A stretch of DNA of 64,000 nucleotides from an uncultured Candidatus Peribacteria bacterium (GTDB lineage: Bacteria; Patescibacteriota; Gracilibacteria; RBG-16-42-10): contig CAZERA010000001.1 in assembly GCA_964514565.1 (NCBI GenBank), positions 248,001 to 312,000 of the forward strand, in the 5' to 3' direction. The notes beneath the pieces were generated by a model that was not told the DNA's origin, made no database searches, and saw nothing but the letters and a program-made list of their open reading frames with translations. Both the position numbers and the translations under genes were made by a program. Shown one piece after another: positions 31,036 to 40,677 of this stretch; the stretch's first letter is position 1; every line of letters begins with the position of its first letter.

Positions 31036-32172
31036 ATGCAAAAAGCACCACTTTTTCCCAAGCCTCTCTTAAATTATCGCTTTACTACACTCAAGAAAAA
31101 AGCCTGGAAAAAAGCGCTCGATGCGTTTGAAGTAGGCAAGTTTACTGAGGTTTTTGACAACTTGGTAGAATATCTCAATGCCCAAGAGATTACTATTAAA
31201 ACCGAGGGAGGAAACAAAGAAATCATTATTCCACATGGCTGTTTATATTTGCATATTACGGTCACACCGGATAGCTATCAGTTGCGAGTGCCTTTTTTGA
31301 AGTCGGATACACCATCAATTGGTTTGATGCATCAAATTGCCAAGCTCAATATGTATGAGTTGGCACTTTCGCAGGTTTGTTACCGAAATGGGCAGTTTTA
31401 TTTCTATTACGAGAGTCCTTTGGCCCTGTGTCAGCCAAATAAAGTTTATGACACCATGAAACAAATGTGTACAAAGGGTGACGTCTATGCTGAACAATGG
31501 GCACGTGAGCTTGATGCTACTTTACTTGAGACTCCTTTTGCTTATCCAATTGCTAGCAATATCAAAGAAAAAGCTTGGCCTTTGTTTGAAGCACAGCTCA
31601 GTCAACTAGAAAAATATATTGAATATTTTGAGCAAAAACACTGGGAATCACATGTGTGGGTGATTTTTTCAGTGACACTGCGTTATTTAGATTTCACGCT
31701 CAATCCTAGAGGTCGCTTACGAAGAGAAATCTTAGCTGATATTAGTGACTTTGCTGAAGATATTTCAGCCCGAGAAAAAGCAGGGAAAGCACCTGATCTC
31801 TTGGCTAAATATCGTGCTTTTACTCAAGAAGAGTTCACTAGTTGTATTTATACTCCTCAGTTAATTTTTCGTGACCGTCCACAAGCAGATTTAGCTACTA
31901 TTCATAAAGATCTCAACTCTTGTGCTGACTATCTCACCAAAGAAAATCCTGGTGATACGTATGCCACTATTTACAGCTTACTATTTTGGTTGCGGCTACC
32001 TTACTATTACGATTTACCAAAGCTCCTACGTCAATGCATTACTTACCACTTGGGAAGAGTCAGCGATCAACCTTGGAATGTAGCTAAGAAGAGAATGTGG
32101 CAGGCTATCCAAGAAGTACGTCAAATGCGCCAGATTCCTAAAGGTTTTTGGTCGTCACTTTTTAACCGTTAA
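31036..32172 (+). CDS. Hypothetical protein with a possible N-terminal YbjN-like domain
   Basis: 378-aa ORF; the alpha/beta pattern around LRVPFL...LMHQIAKLN is recognised only loosely. Confidence 0.55.
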   Translation: MQKAPLFPKPLLNYRFTTLKKKAWKKALDAFEVGKFTEVFDNLVEYLNAQEITIKTEGGNKEIIIPHGCLYLHITVTPDSYQLRVPFLKSDTPSIGLMHQIAKLNMYELALSQVCYRNGQFYFYYESPLALCQPNKVYDTMKQMCTKGDVYAEQWARELDATLLETPFAYPIASNIKEKAWPLFEAQLSQLEKYIEYFEQKHWESHVWVIFSVTLRYLDFTLNPRGRLRREILADISDFAEDISAREKAGKAPDLLAKYRAFTQEEFTSCIYTPQLIFRDRPQADLATIHKDLNSCADYLTKENPGDTYATIYSLLFWLRLPYYYDLPKLLRQCITYHLGRVSDQPWNVAKKRMWQAIQEVRQMRQIPKGFWSSLFNR

Positions 32173-32176
32173 GCTA

Positions 32177-33277
32177 ATGAACCCAACTCTTTTGGATGCA
32201 GCTAAGCTGATTGTGAAAGTAATTACTTCTACCGGTACTGGTAGTGGTTTTTATTTGAAAGATAAAAAAGTAATAGTGACAAATCAGCATGTCATCAAGG
32301 GTAGTACTAAGGCTGTGATTGAGTGGCCCAACCGCTCTAGGATGATAGCTCCAGTGATCTATGCTGATATTGGCGATGACATTGCTCTGCTTGCTTTAGA
32401 TCAAGAATTGGCATTGCCAGTAGCTAATTTAGACCATGATGTAGTAGTCAAAACTGGTATGCGAGCAGTTGTGATTGGTTTCCCTTTGGGGCGCCCAGTC
32501 AGTATGACAGAAGGAATTGTATCAGCTACCAACCAGGTGCTCAGTGGCCGTGAATATATTCAAACAGATGCGGCTGTAAATCCTGGTAATAGTGGCGGTC
32601 CCTTAGTAGATCAGGAGGGCAATATCTTGGGGATCACGAGCAGCAAAATCGCCAAAGCGGAAAACATCAGTTTTGCTATTCCATTAGTTAAGCTGAAACA
32701 GGCGCTTAAGAATTTGGAGGGTAATGAGAAGCGAGTCTATTGTGTGAAGTGTGCATCATGTCCACAGCTGTTTTTTGAAAAGACCATCTATTGCCCACGT
32801 TGCGGGCAGAAGGTAAATACAGAGGAGTATTTTACTTTGACACCACTTAGTTCATTAGCTGTTTTTGTCGAAGAGGCGATTCGCAATGCTCATTTGGATC
32901 CGGAAATTACTCGCAACGGCTATGAACAGTGGCAGTTCTATAATCAGCAGGCTTTGATCAATATCTTTGTGACTGACAAGCGCTATTTATTGGTAACTTC
33001 ACCGCTTACTACTATTCCTGAAGAAAAGTTAGCTGAATTTTATCACTATTTGTTTACTGATCCGGTAAAACCAAGCACATTGAACACCGACTTTCGTAAT
33101 AGTCAGATCAGTATCAATTATTTGATCGCTTTACCTGATACGCAAAATAAAGGTCAACGTACCAATCTGCAAAGTAATATTGTAGCGTTAATCGAACGTT
33201 CAGCTTCACTTCAGCAAGAGCTTATTGCTGAGTACAACTGTGAGATTAGTGCCAAGGCCAAGATCCCTACTGACTAG
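32177..33277 (+). CDS. Trypsin-like (S1C) serine protease with a zinc ribbon and a YbjN-like C-terminus
   Basis: GSGF, TNQHV, DIALL, IQTDAAVNPGNSGGPL; CASC...CPRC; no signal peptide and no PDZ domain. Confidence 0.88.
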   Translation: MNPTLLDAAKLIVKVITSTGTGSGFYLKDKKVIVTNQHVIKGSTKAVIEWPNRSRMIAPVIYADIGDDIALLALDQELALPVANLDHDVVVKTGMRAVVIGFPLGRPVSMTEGIVSATNQVLSGREYIQTDAAVNPGNSGGPLVDQEGNILGITSSKIAKAENISFAIPLVKLKQALKNLEGNEKRVYCVKCASCPQLFFEKTIYCPRCGQKVNTEEYFTLTPLSSLAVFVEEAIRNAHLDPEITRNGYEQWQFYNQQALINIFVTDKRYLLVTSPLTTIPEEKLAEFYHYLFTDPVKPSTLNTDFRNSQISINYLIALPDTQNKGQRTNLQSNIVALIERSASLQQELIAEYNCEISAKAKIPTD

Positions 33278-33280
33278 TAT

Positions 33281-33382
33281 ATGAATTATTTCGTTTACCG
33301 TAACCGGTTACCTATTTTTATTGCTATTGTGGTTATTTTAACTGGTTTTCGCCTTTGGTATGATCTTTTCTCTAGGCTTTGA
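33281..33382 (+). CDS. Putative 33-aa single-TM protein
   Basis: MNYFVYRNRLPIFIAIVVILTGFRLWYDLFSRL; starts 3 nt after the protease stop (TAG-TAT-ATG). Confidence 0.45.
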   Translation: MNYFVYRNRLPIFIAIVVILTGFRLWYDLFSRL

Positions 33383-33410
33383 TAGGCTAGCCTATGTGTC
33401 TCGCATTTCC

Positions 33411-33438
33411 ATCATTATTATCAATTGATAATAATGAT
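33411..33438. promoter_or_regulatory. Perfect 28-bp palindrome
   Basis: ATCATTATTATCAA|TTGATAATAATGAT. Confidence 0.6.
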
Positions 33439-33512
33439 AACTAGGCGCCATTAAACTTTTTTACTTGGAGACTATTTTTCTGGTAGCATCGTTCCTCATT
33501 TAACTTTTTGTT

Positions 33513-33794
33513 ATGTCTAATAATCGAGATGTGAGCGTACCTTTTGAGCATGAAAAGACTCCTGAACAAATTGTGAGAGGTCATATTCATCGTATTTTAG
33601 GACGGGAGAAACTGGCGCAACCTGTTACTGCCGTGCTAGCTAAATTAGATGCTGGCGATCGCCCTACATGGGAGTTATTTCTTACTGATGCAGGGGAGAT
33701 TGACCAATCCGAAGTGGTAACATTTGCGAATTTACATCGTCCTCAAGATGCCTTTGTGATCGATGTCCCAGTTCGCCGACTAATAGAGTTATAA
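33513..33794 (+). CDS. Hypothetical protein
   Basis: 93-aa ORF with an ATG after a T-rich leader; overlaps the convergent gene by 52 nt. Confidence 0.55.
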   Translation: MSNNRDVSVPFEHEKTPEQIVRGHIHRILGREKLAQPVTAVLAKLDAGDRPTWELFLTDAGEIDQSEVVTFANLHRPQDAFVIDVPVRRLIEL

Positions 33795-35020
33795 TTTGTT
33801 GAAGGAAATAATCCCACGACATACCAAATCAACATAGTAACTACACTGTCTTCCCAAAGATGAAGGAAGATAGCTTGGATACTAACAGCTAGTAAGATAC
33901 TGCCTACGATTGCTGATTGTTTGTTGCCAATCAAAAATAAATCTTTGATAATCCAACCAGTAAAGAGTAATAGAAGTAGCAGACTAGGAATACCCGCTTC
34001 TTCACCTATTTGTAGATACCAGTTTTCACTAATTAGTGCTTTGTCTTCGCCAAATACACGCCGAGATACTGGTCCGGCAGTGCCGAGTCCACTGCCAAAC
34101 GGTTCGTTGATAATGTGTTCGATACCTGCAGTGGTCTTGTCGAGATGTTCTACAGATGAAAGCCCATGAGTAATAATATCTGGTTTCCAGGCTATCACTG
34201 CTACCAAGACTACAATCGCTGCTATGCCGCCTTTTAGTAGCCATTTTCTTGGTATCCAATAAACAGCAGCGATAATGACACCCACTAATGCTGATCGAGA
34301 AAAAGTGAGTACCAATGCTACAACAGGAATAATCAACCACCAACTAAATTGAAATACTAGGGTGATTAAGCCAATCAATAATGCCATCAGGGCTCCAGCT
34401 TGATTGGGACCAGAAAAGGTAGCTTGCAGGCGCGGGATACAATGGTCCTGAATAAATAAGCAGTGGTAAATAGGTAGCGGTTTTGCGTCTACGTACGAGC
34501 TCTCATAAGGGCTATAGCCGAAGTGGATACCAATGTCTGGAGCAATCATCCAAACTACTAAACCGATGCTTGTAGCGACCAATAACGAGTAACACGCCCA
34601 TTTAATGATTTTCTTTTTTTCTTGATCATTGAAAAAGAGTTGTGAAGCCGCTCCAGCTAATAAAGCTGGTACGAAAAGTAAATCCGTACGTAGAGCCAAA
34701 ATCCAAGTCTTCCAATCTGGTGTATGTAAAGTACCAAATAAAACGAGACTACCAATATATAAAGCTAAAACAATACTACTAGGTTGTAGCCACCAACCTA
34801 ACCAATTCAGTTTTCTGGCACTCCATAAAGCCCAAGCTGAAATAATCACTAATAGTACTTCTTTCCAGGCGCTAAATACATTGCTTAGTATCGGTAAATA
34901 ATCAGCATTGCTACCTAAAAAAAGACTAGATAGCCACGTTTTGAGGAATGCATGCCAGGGTAATAAAATTACCCAAGCACAAATGAGGTAAAAAAGAGGG
35001 GATTTCTTCATGGCCACCAT
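33743..35020 (-). CDS. O-antigen ligase / Wzy_C-family membrane protein
   Basis: RLQATFSGPNQAG, LTFSRSA, PFGSGLG, ENWYLQIGEEAGI. Confidence 0.82.
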   Translation of the reverse strand: MVAMKKSPLFYLICAWVILLPWHAFLKTWLSSLFLGSNADYLPILSNVFSAWKEVLLVIISAWALWSARKLNWLGWWLQPSSIVLALYIGSLVLFGTLHTPDWKTWILALRTDLLFVPALLAGAASQLFFNDQEKKKIIKWACYSLLVATSIGLVVWMIAPDIGIHFGYSPYESSYVDAKPLPIYHCLFIQDHCIPRLQATFSGPNQAGALMALLIGLITLVFQFSWWLIIPVVALVLTFSRSALVGVIIAAVYWIPRKWLLKGGIAAIVVLVAVIAWKPDIITHGLSSVEHLDKTTAGIEHIINEPFGSGLGTAGPVSRRVFGEDKALISENWYLQIGEEAGIPSLLLLLLFTGWIIKDLFLIGNKQSAIVGSILLAVSIQAIFLHLWEDSVVTMLIWYVVGLFPSTNYNSISRRTGTSITKAS

Positions 35021-36039
35021 TAACGATGTTTGCTACCAATCAAGCTACGTTTATATGAGTCTAGATTTTCCAATGCTGCTGCCACACCACGTACCACACA
35101 AAGCATTGGTTCATCTACTACTACAGTTGGTACACCGGTATGGCGACTGATTAGCTCAGCAATATTGCGTAATTGTGCTCCCCCGCCTGTCAGTACTATG
35201 CCGTGATCAATAATGTCCGCACTCAATTCTGGTGGTGTTTGTTCGAGGACTTTTTTGATTGCCAAGATAATTTTTTCTAGTTCATCACTGATTGCTTTTA
35301 CCACATCATTGGTGTTGATTTCGATTACTTTTGGTAGACCGGTCACCAGGTCACGACCACGAATATTCATTTTGAGCGCCTCCTTGATTGGAATAGCACT
35401 ACCAATAGTGATTTTAATTTCTTCAGAAGTACGCGGACCCACCGCCAAACCATAATGTTTACGAATGTACTCGACGATACTTTGATCAAATTTATTTCCA
35501 CCAACACGCACTGATTCAGATACTACGATTCCTCCCAAGGAAATCACTGCTACTTCTGTAGTACCGCCGCCAATGTCCACAATAAAGTTTCCTACTGGTT
35601 CAGCGATTGGGATATTAGCACCGATGGCAGCGGCTAATGGATGTTTAATTAGATATGCCTCACGAGCTCCTGCAGAGACGGCAGCATCGATTACAGCACG
35701 ACGCTCTGTACTAGTAATACCAGCTGATACTGCGATCATCACTTCTGGGTTGAAGATACGGAAACGTCCCACTGCTTTATTGATGAAGTGGCGAAGCAGA
35801 CCCTCAGTGACACGGTAATCAGCGATAGCGCCATCTTGTAGTGGTTGATGCGCACTAATCATTTCTGGGGTACGGCCAAGCATAATTTTTGCTTCTTCAC
35901 CGATAGCGAGAATAGTTTTTTGATCTGAGACAGCGACGATAGATGGTTCTTGAGCAATGATACCTCGATCCTGTAAGTGGATACGAGTATTGGTAGTGCC
36001 TAAGTCTATAGCAATTTTTTTGCTAAATAACATATGCAA
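35020..36039 (-). CDS. mreB: Rod shape-determining actin MreB
   Basis: IAIDLGTTN, DIGGGTTEVA, LTGGGA. Confidence 0.95.
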   Translation of the reverse strand: MHMLFSKKIAIDLGTTNTRIHLQDRGIIAQEPSIVAVSDQKTILAIGEEAKIMLGRTPEMISAHQPLQDGAIADYRVTEGLLRHFINKAVGRFRIFNPEVMIAVSAGITSTERRAVIDAAVSAGAREAYLIKHPLAAAIGANIPIAEPVGNFIVDIGGGTTEVAVISLGGIVVSESVRVGGNKFDQSIVEYIRKHYGLAVGPRTSEEIKITIGSAIPIKEALKMNIRGRDLVTGLPKVIEINTNDVVKAISDELEKIILAIKKVLEQTPPELSADIIDHGIVLTGGGAQLRNIAELISRHTGVPTVVVDEPMLCVVRGVAAALENLDSYKRSLIGSKHR

Positions 36040-36167
36040 ATAAGGTCAGATTTTTTTGGCGAACAACACACTGCTAGGATATGGCATTTCTACCTTGCAG
36101 TAAATACTGTTCCTGGCTATACTCCCGCTGTGTTTGGGTGTCCTCCTCCGATCTTTTGACGTATCCA

Positions 36168-39100
36168 ATGTCCGTTCCAGTTTGCGAACTCGCGGCTTTG
36201 CCGTTTGCTCAATATGCCAAGAAGTTAACTTCTGGTCAGGTATTACACATGACCGGTGTAGCTAGTACTGCTAGCAAGCTTTTGGCTACCTACCATATCA
36301 ACAAATCATTACAGCAATCCGTATTGTGGCTTTGTGACGATACTGCTTTGCTCGATCGTTTGGCGTCAGATGGTTTGCTTTGGCAAATCCCTGACTTCTT
36401 TATCCTCAATGAAGCGACGTTGAATGGGGCTAATCATTTATTGGTGATGCGCTTGGTAGCAATGTTGGCTGACAACAAGAAGCCTTTTTTGGTTACTACA
36501 TCACAAGTATTTGCTGATCTGCGTTTACCTACTCAGTACGACATCGATAAAGCAAAGATTACGATCAAAAAGGGAAAGAATATTCAATTCGTTAAGTTCT
36601 TCAATCAACTGATTGATAGTGGTTACCAAGCAGCCAATGGTTTGATACTAGACCCAGGTTTTTATGCAAAGCGAGGGGCGGTGATTGATATCTTTCCGGT
36701 CAATAGCAGCCAACCAATCCGAATAGAGCTATTTGATGAGATGATAGAGACTATCTCTTACTTCAATACTCAGACTCAAGAAAAAGGTGAGGAGCACAAG
36801 GAAATCTCTATTTTTCCAGTTGATACCCAAGGTTACAATGCGACGCTTGCCCAATATTTTAAAGATAGTTTGGTTGTTTTAGACGAATTAGGTAGCACTC
36901 CAGTAGGATTGCCCAAGGATAGTGCTGTGATTCATTATGTCCCGTTTGCTGATGATGGTAGTGATGGCAGCTTAGTGGATCTCCATTTTACTTCAGTTTT
37001 ACGTTTTCATACGCCATTAGAATTTACCCAAAATTTACAAGCAAAAGTGGCAGGTAAGTGGCAAGTAGTAATCTTTACCGAAGATTCTGATAAATTGTGG
37101 CAACTCTTACTCGATCAGGGCTTTACCAATGCAGACATGACTCATGTGCACTTGGTAGAGAAGAAAATGGGTAAAAATTTGCTTGGTGAAACATTCACTT
37201 CCCAAGTCTTATATTTCCCTGAAGCCTTTCAAAATGCTGTGCTGCAGTTATTAGTGGTCACTGACCAGGAAATATTTGGTCAATTTCAAAAGCCTAAAAA
37301 GTTTTCTCAAACCCAAGTGGATGCAGCTTTTTTGGCTAGTCTCAATCCTCAAGATCTGGTGGTCCACATCGATCATGGTCTTGCCCTATTTCAAGGAGTA
37401 ATCCAAAAGACCGTAGATCGTATCACTCGTGAGTATTTGCAGTTGGATTATGCTAAGGGGGATAAGTTGTTTGTACCAGTAGAACAAGCAGACAAGGTAA
37501 ATAAATACATTGGCGCTACTGGTGAAAATGCACCGCCACTTACTAGACTAGGTTCGGGTGATTGGAACCGAGTGACCTCAGAGGCGAGAAAAGAAAGCTT
37601 AATCATCGCCAAAGAACTATTAGAGCTCTACGCATTGCGCGAGACAGCTAAGGGGTTTGCTCACAAACATGAGGATGAACGGATGCAAGAGTTTGAGGCA
37701 GGTTTTGGTTATGTCGAAACACCAGGACAACTCAAAGCTACCGAAGAGATCTTGAGAGATATGGAGAAAGAGCGTCCAATGGATCGCTTACTCTGTGGTG
37801 ATGTGGGATTTGGCAAGACTGAGGTCGCGATGCGTGCTGCATTCAAAGCATTTCTCAATGGTAAACAAGTAGCTGTACTAGCGCCAATTACTATTTTAGT
37901 TGATCAACATTACCATTCTTTCCAGAAACGAATGGAGGCTTTTGGCATCAGAGTAGGGATGATTTCACGTTTCAATAGCCCAGCAGAACAAAAAGCTACT
38001 ATTGCCAAACTCAAGACTGGTGATGTCGATATTATCATCGGTACACATAGGCTGTTTCAATCTGATGTAATCTTCAAGGACTTAGGTCTAGTAGTGATTG
38101 ATGAAGAGCAGCGATTTGGGGTCAAGCAAAAAGAGAAGCTGAAGGCTTTGCGTCATAGTGTGGATATTTTGACTCTGACCGCTACCCCAATTCCTCGCAC
38201 GCTCAATATGAGCTTGTCTGGCTTGCGTGATATTTCTACTATCACTACCCCTCCACCAGGTCGCTTGCCTGTTTTGACTGAAGTACGTCGATTTAGTATG
38301 TCTTTTGTCCGAGAGGCTATTTTGCGTGAACTTGGACGCAAAGGTCAAACCTATTTCTTACACAACCGTGTCCAGACGATTGAGAGCGTAAAGGCAAAAT
38401 TAGAAACACTAGTTCCTGAAGCGAGATTTATTGTGGCACATGGTCAATTGGCCAATGATGATTTGGAAAACCGTATTTTACAATTCAAAGATCACAAATA
38501 CGATGTACTGATTAGTTCTACTATTATTGAAAATGGGATTGATTTGCCCAATGCTAATACTTTGATTGTGGATAGTGCTGAGCAACTTGGTTTGGCGCAA
38601 GCCTATCAATTACGTGGGCGTGTTGGTCGTAGCAAAACTCAAGCGTATGCCTATTTCCTTTATCATAGTCAAAAGCTTGATGATACAGCGAAGAAGCGTC
38701 TGCGCGCTATTGTAGAGGCATCAGAGCTCGGTAGTGGATTCCAAATTGCGATGCGTGATCTAGAGATCCGTGGTGCTGGTGATATTCTGGGCGCTAGTCA
38801 ACATGGAAGCATCAATGCTATCGGTGTGACCCACTTTACAAGACTTTTGAAGCAAGCAGTGGAAAATCTTAAATCTGGTAAGAGCCAGATTGATTTCATC
38901 AATAAACCTAAAGAAGAGACGATTATTGAGTTGCCAGTGACCGCATTTATTCCAGATACGTATATCGATGATCGTATCGATAAAATTAAGTTTTATCAGC
39001 AGCTGGCAAGTTGTGACAATCACGCTACTCTGGCTGAACTACGCAAAGAAATGATTGAGAAATTTGGTCCATTACCTACCGAAGCAGAAAGCTTGCTCAA

Positions 39101-39380
39101 AGTACTTGAACTCAAGATCCACGCGACACATGCCAACTTACTAGCAATTAAGGAGACGTATTTTGAACGTCAGAAGAGGATTGAATTGATTCTGGGGCCT
39201 AGAACTACTCCTCGTGAGATTATGAAGTTGTTGGCAAAAAATCCACGTTGGATGATCTCTGGTCAGGTGCTCAAGATCAAGAAAGAAGAGCTGGGGCTCG
39301 ATTGGTTTAGCAATTTATGCAATAATATAGAGATATTTGCTCAAGCATTTGACGAGCAGATCCTCCCTACTACTAATTAA
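36168..39380 (+). CDS. mfd: Transcription-repair coupling factor
   Basis: VVHIDHG (CarD/RID), GDVGFGKTEVA, DEEQRFG, TATPIPRT, QLRGRVGRS, TRCF C-terminus. Confidence 0.96.
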   Translation: MSVPVCELAALPFAQYAKKLTSGQVLHMTGVASTASKLLATYHINKSLQQSVLWLCDDTALLDRLASDGLLWQIPDFFILNEATLNGANHLLVMRLVAMLADNKKPFLVTTSQVFADLRLPTQYDIDKAKITIKKGKNIQFVKFFNQLIDSGYQAANGLILDPGFYAKRGAVIDIFPVNSSQPIRIELFDEMIETISYFNTQTQEKGEEHKEISIFPVDTQGYNATLAQYFKDSLVVLDELGSTPVGLPKDSAVIHYVPFADDGSDGSLVDLHFTSVLRFHTPLEFTQNLQAKVAGKWQVVIFTEDSDKLWQLLLDQGFTNADMTHVHLVEKKMGKNLLGETFTSQVLYFPEAFQNAVLQLLVVTDQEIFGQFQKPKKFSQTQVDAAFLASLNPQDLVVHIDHGLALFQGVIQKTVDRITREYLQLDYAKGDKLFVPVEQADKVNKYIGATGENAPPLTRLGSGDWNRVTSEARKESLIIAKELLELYALRETAKGFAHKHEDERMQEFEAGFGYVETPGQLKATEEILRDMEKERPMDRLLCGDVGFGKTEVAMRAAFKAFLNGKQVAVLAPITILVDQHYHSFQKRMEAFGIRVGMISRFNSPAEQKATIAKLKTGDVDIIIGTHRLFQSDVIFKDLGLVVIDEEQRFGVKQKEKLKALRHSVDILTLTATPIPRTLNMSLSGLRDISTITTPPPGRLPVLTEVRRFSMSFVREAILRELGRKGQTYFLHNRVQTIESVKAKLETLVPEARFIVAHGQLANDDLENRILQFKDHKYDVLISSTIIENGIDLPNANTLIVDSAEQLGLAQAYQLRGRVGRSKTQAYAYFLYHSQKLDDTAKKRLRAIVEASELGSGFQIAMRDLEIRGAGDILGASQHGSINAIGVTHFTRLLKQAVENLKSGKSQIDFINKPKEETIIELPVTAFIPDTYIDDRIDKIKFYQQLASCDNHATLAELRKEMIEKFGPLPTEAESLLKVLELKIHATHANLLAIKETYFERQKRIELILGPRTTPREIMKLLAKNPRWMISGQVLKIKKEELGLDWFSNLCNNIEIFAQAFDEQILPTTN

Positions 39381-39413
39381 AGTTAATCTCAGCTCGTTGT
39401 AGCTGATTAACTT
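39380..39413 (+). terminator. Stem-loop after mfd
   Basis: aagttaa(tc)tcagct-cgttgt-agctgattaactt; no clear U-tract. Confidence 0.4.
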
Positions 39414-39428
39414 CCCCCTCCTAAATTT

Positions 39429-39959
39429 ATGCTTTTCATCTTCTGGATGTCTTTGTATGCTGTAGCGTCAGTATTGCTTATGCTTACTGCCTATGTCTGT
39501 TTTATTGGTGCTCCTTTTGTACCAGCCCCACAGGCGATTGTAGACAAGATGGTAAAGGCTGCAGGACTCAAGAAGGGGATGACTGTACTTGATCCTGGCT
39601 GTGGAGATGCCCGTATGCTGATCACTGCTTGTAAGCAAACGGCGGGAATTAAAGGTGTCGGGTATGAACTCTTCTTCCTCGCTTATTTCTTGGCTTGGGT
39701 ACGAATCCGCAAGCTCAAGCATCAGATTACTTTGTTTTTCCGTAATAGTGACTATGCTGACCTAAGCAAAGTAGATGCGATGTTTTGCTATATGTTGGTA
39801 AAGCCTTTGGCTAGAAATGCCAACAAGTATAAAAAGGAAATGAAAAAAGGCGCCAAGATTATCTCGTACGCCTTTGAAATTGAAGGTTGGAAACCTGTGA
39901 AGGTGATTCCTTCAGTACCGAAACTTAATCACGCTCGTATTTTTATCTACGAGGTTTAG
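39429..39959 (+). CDS. Membrane-anchored SAM-dependent methyltransferase
   Basis: TM, GAPFVP, LDPGCGDAR, IISYAF. Confidence 0.82.
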   Translation: MLFIFWMSLYAVASVLLMLTAYVCFIGAPFVPAPQAIVDKMVKAAGLKKGMTVLDPGCGDARMLITACKQTAGIKGVGYELFFLAYFLAWVRIRKLKHQITLFFRNSDYADLSKVDAMFCYMLVKPLARNANKYKKEMKKGAKIISYAFEIEGWKPVKVIPSVPKLNHARIFIYEV

Positions 39960-40294
39960 AGTGATTTGATCAAACTAGTAAATGCCTCAGGATTATGGAA
40001 AGCAATTTCTGAAAGCATCTTTCGGTTGAGATCGATGTTTTTTACTCGGAGCTTAGACATGAATACTGAATAGCTCATATCATGCATACGGCAAGCAGCA
40101 TTGATACGTTGGATCCACAAAGTGCGGAAGTCACGGCGGCGCTTGCGGCGGTCGACAAGTGAGTGTTGACCAGCTTTGAACCAAGCTTGGCGAGCCATCT
40201 TGAATGTCCTGCTAGCGAGACCACGATAACCCTTAGTGGCTCTTAGAATTTTCTTGTGGCGTTTATGAGCTGAAACGCCTCGTTTGATACGCAT
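39956..40294 (-). CDS. rplT: 50S ribosomal protein L20
   Basis: RIKRG, KGYRG, RDFRTLWIQRINAA, LNRKMLSEIA. Confidence 0.97.
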   Translation of the reverse strand: MRIKRGVSAHKRHKKILRATKGYRGLASRTFKMARQAWFKAGQHSLVDRRKRRRDFRTLWIQRINAACRMHDMSYSVFMSKLRVKNIDLNRKMLSEIAFHNPEAFTSLIKSL

Positions 40295-40297
40295 ATA

Positions 40298-40501
40298 TTA
40301 GCTGTAAGGTAATAGTCGACGGATAGCACGAACGTTGGTGTCATGCACTGCAGCACCACCGTTTTCCAAATTCTTTTGTCTCTTGGATTTGTTCTTGAGC
40401 AAATGATTCTTGGCGGCCTTTTCGCGCATGTACTTGATCTTTGTCTTGCTGCCAGTGCGTGCAAAACGTTTCTTGGCTGTTGATGATGTCTTGAGCTTCA
40501 T
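40298..40501 (-). CDS. rpmI: 50S ribosomal protein L35
   Basis: KLKT..TAKKRF..TG, NHLL.NKS. Confidence 0.95.
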   Translation of the reverse strand: MKLKTSSTAKKRFARTGSKTKIKYMREKAAKNHLLKNKSKRQKNLENGGAAVHDTNVRAIRRLLPYS

Positions 40502-40521
40502 AGCAAAAAATAAGCGCTGGT

Positions 40522-40550
40522 ATTCTAATGATGTTATGAGATAGTGTCAA
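40522..40550 (-). promoter_or_regulatory. Sigma70 promoter for rpmI-rplT
   Basis: TTGACA-17 nt-TAGAAT, ending 20 nt upstream of the rpmI ATG. Confidence 0.75.
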
Positions 40551-40601
40551 ACAAATCGCGCAGTGAATAATTGAACACTCAAAAAGAGTCCTAGACACAT
40601 C

Positions 40602-40631
40602 AAAAAGGGCTTCAGATCAGTCTGAGCCCCT
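40602..40631 (-). terminator. Putative intrinsic terminator downstream of infC
   Basis: Minus strand GGGCTCAGA-CTGA-TCTGAAGCCC followed by TTTTT. Confidence 0.65.
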
Positions 40632-40642
40632 TCATGAAAAAT

Positions 40643-40677
40643 CTCTGACCTTTGCTCTCTGACCTCTGATCTTTCTT
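40643..40677. repeat. Imperfect 7-bp tandem repeat (CTCTGAC type)
   Basis: ctctgac ctttgct ctctgac ctctgat ctttctt. Confidence 0.65.

Noticed and set aside
30859..33800. Prophage or integrative element at tRNA-Arg
   Set aside because: No integrase, phage genes or duplicated tRNA 3' end were seen.
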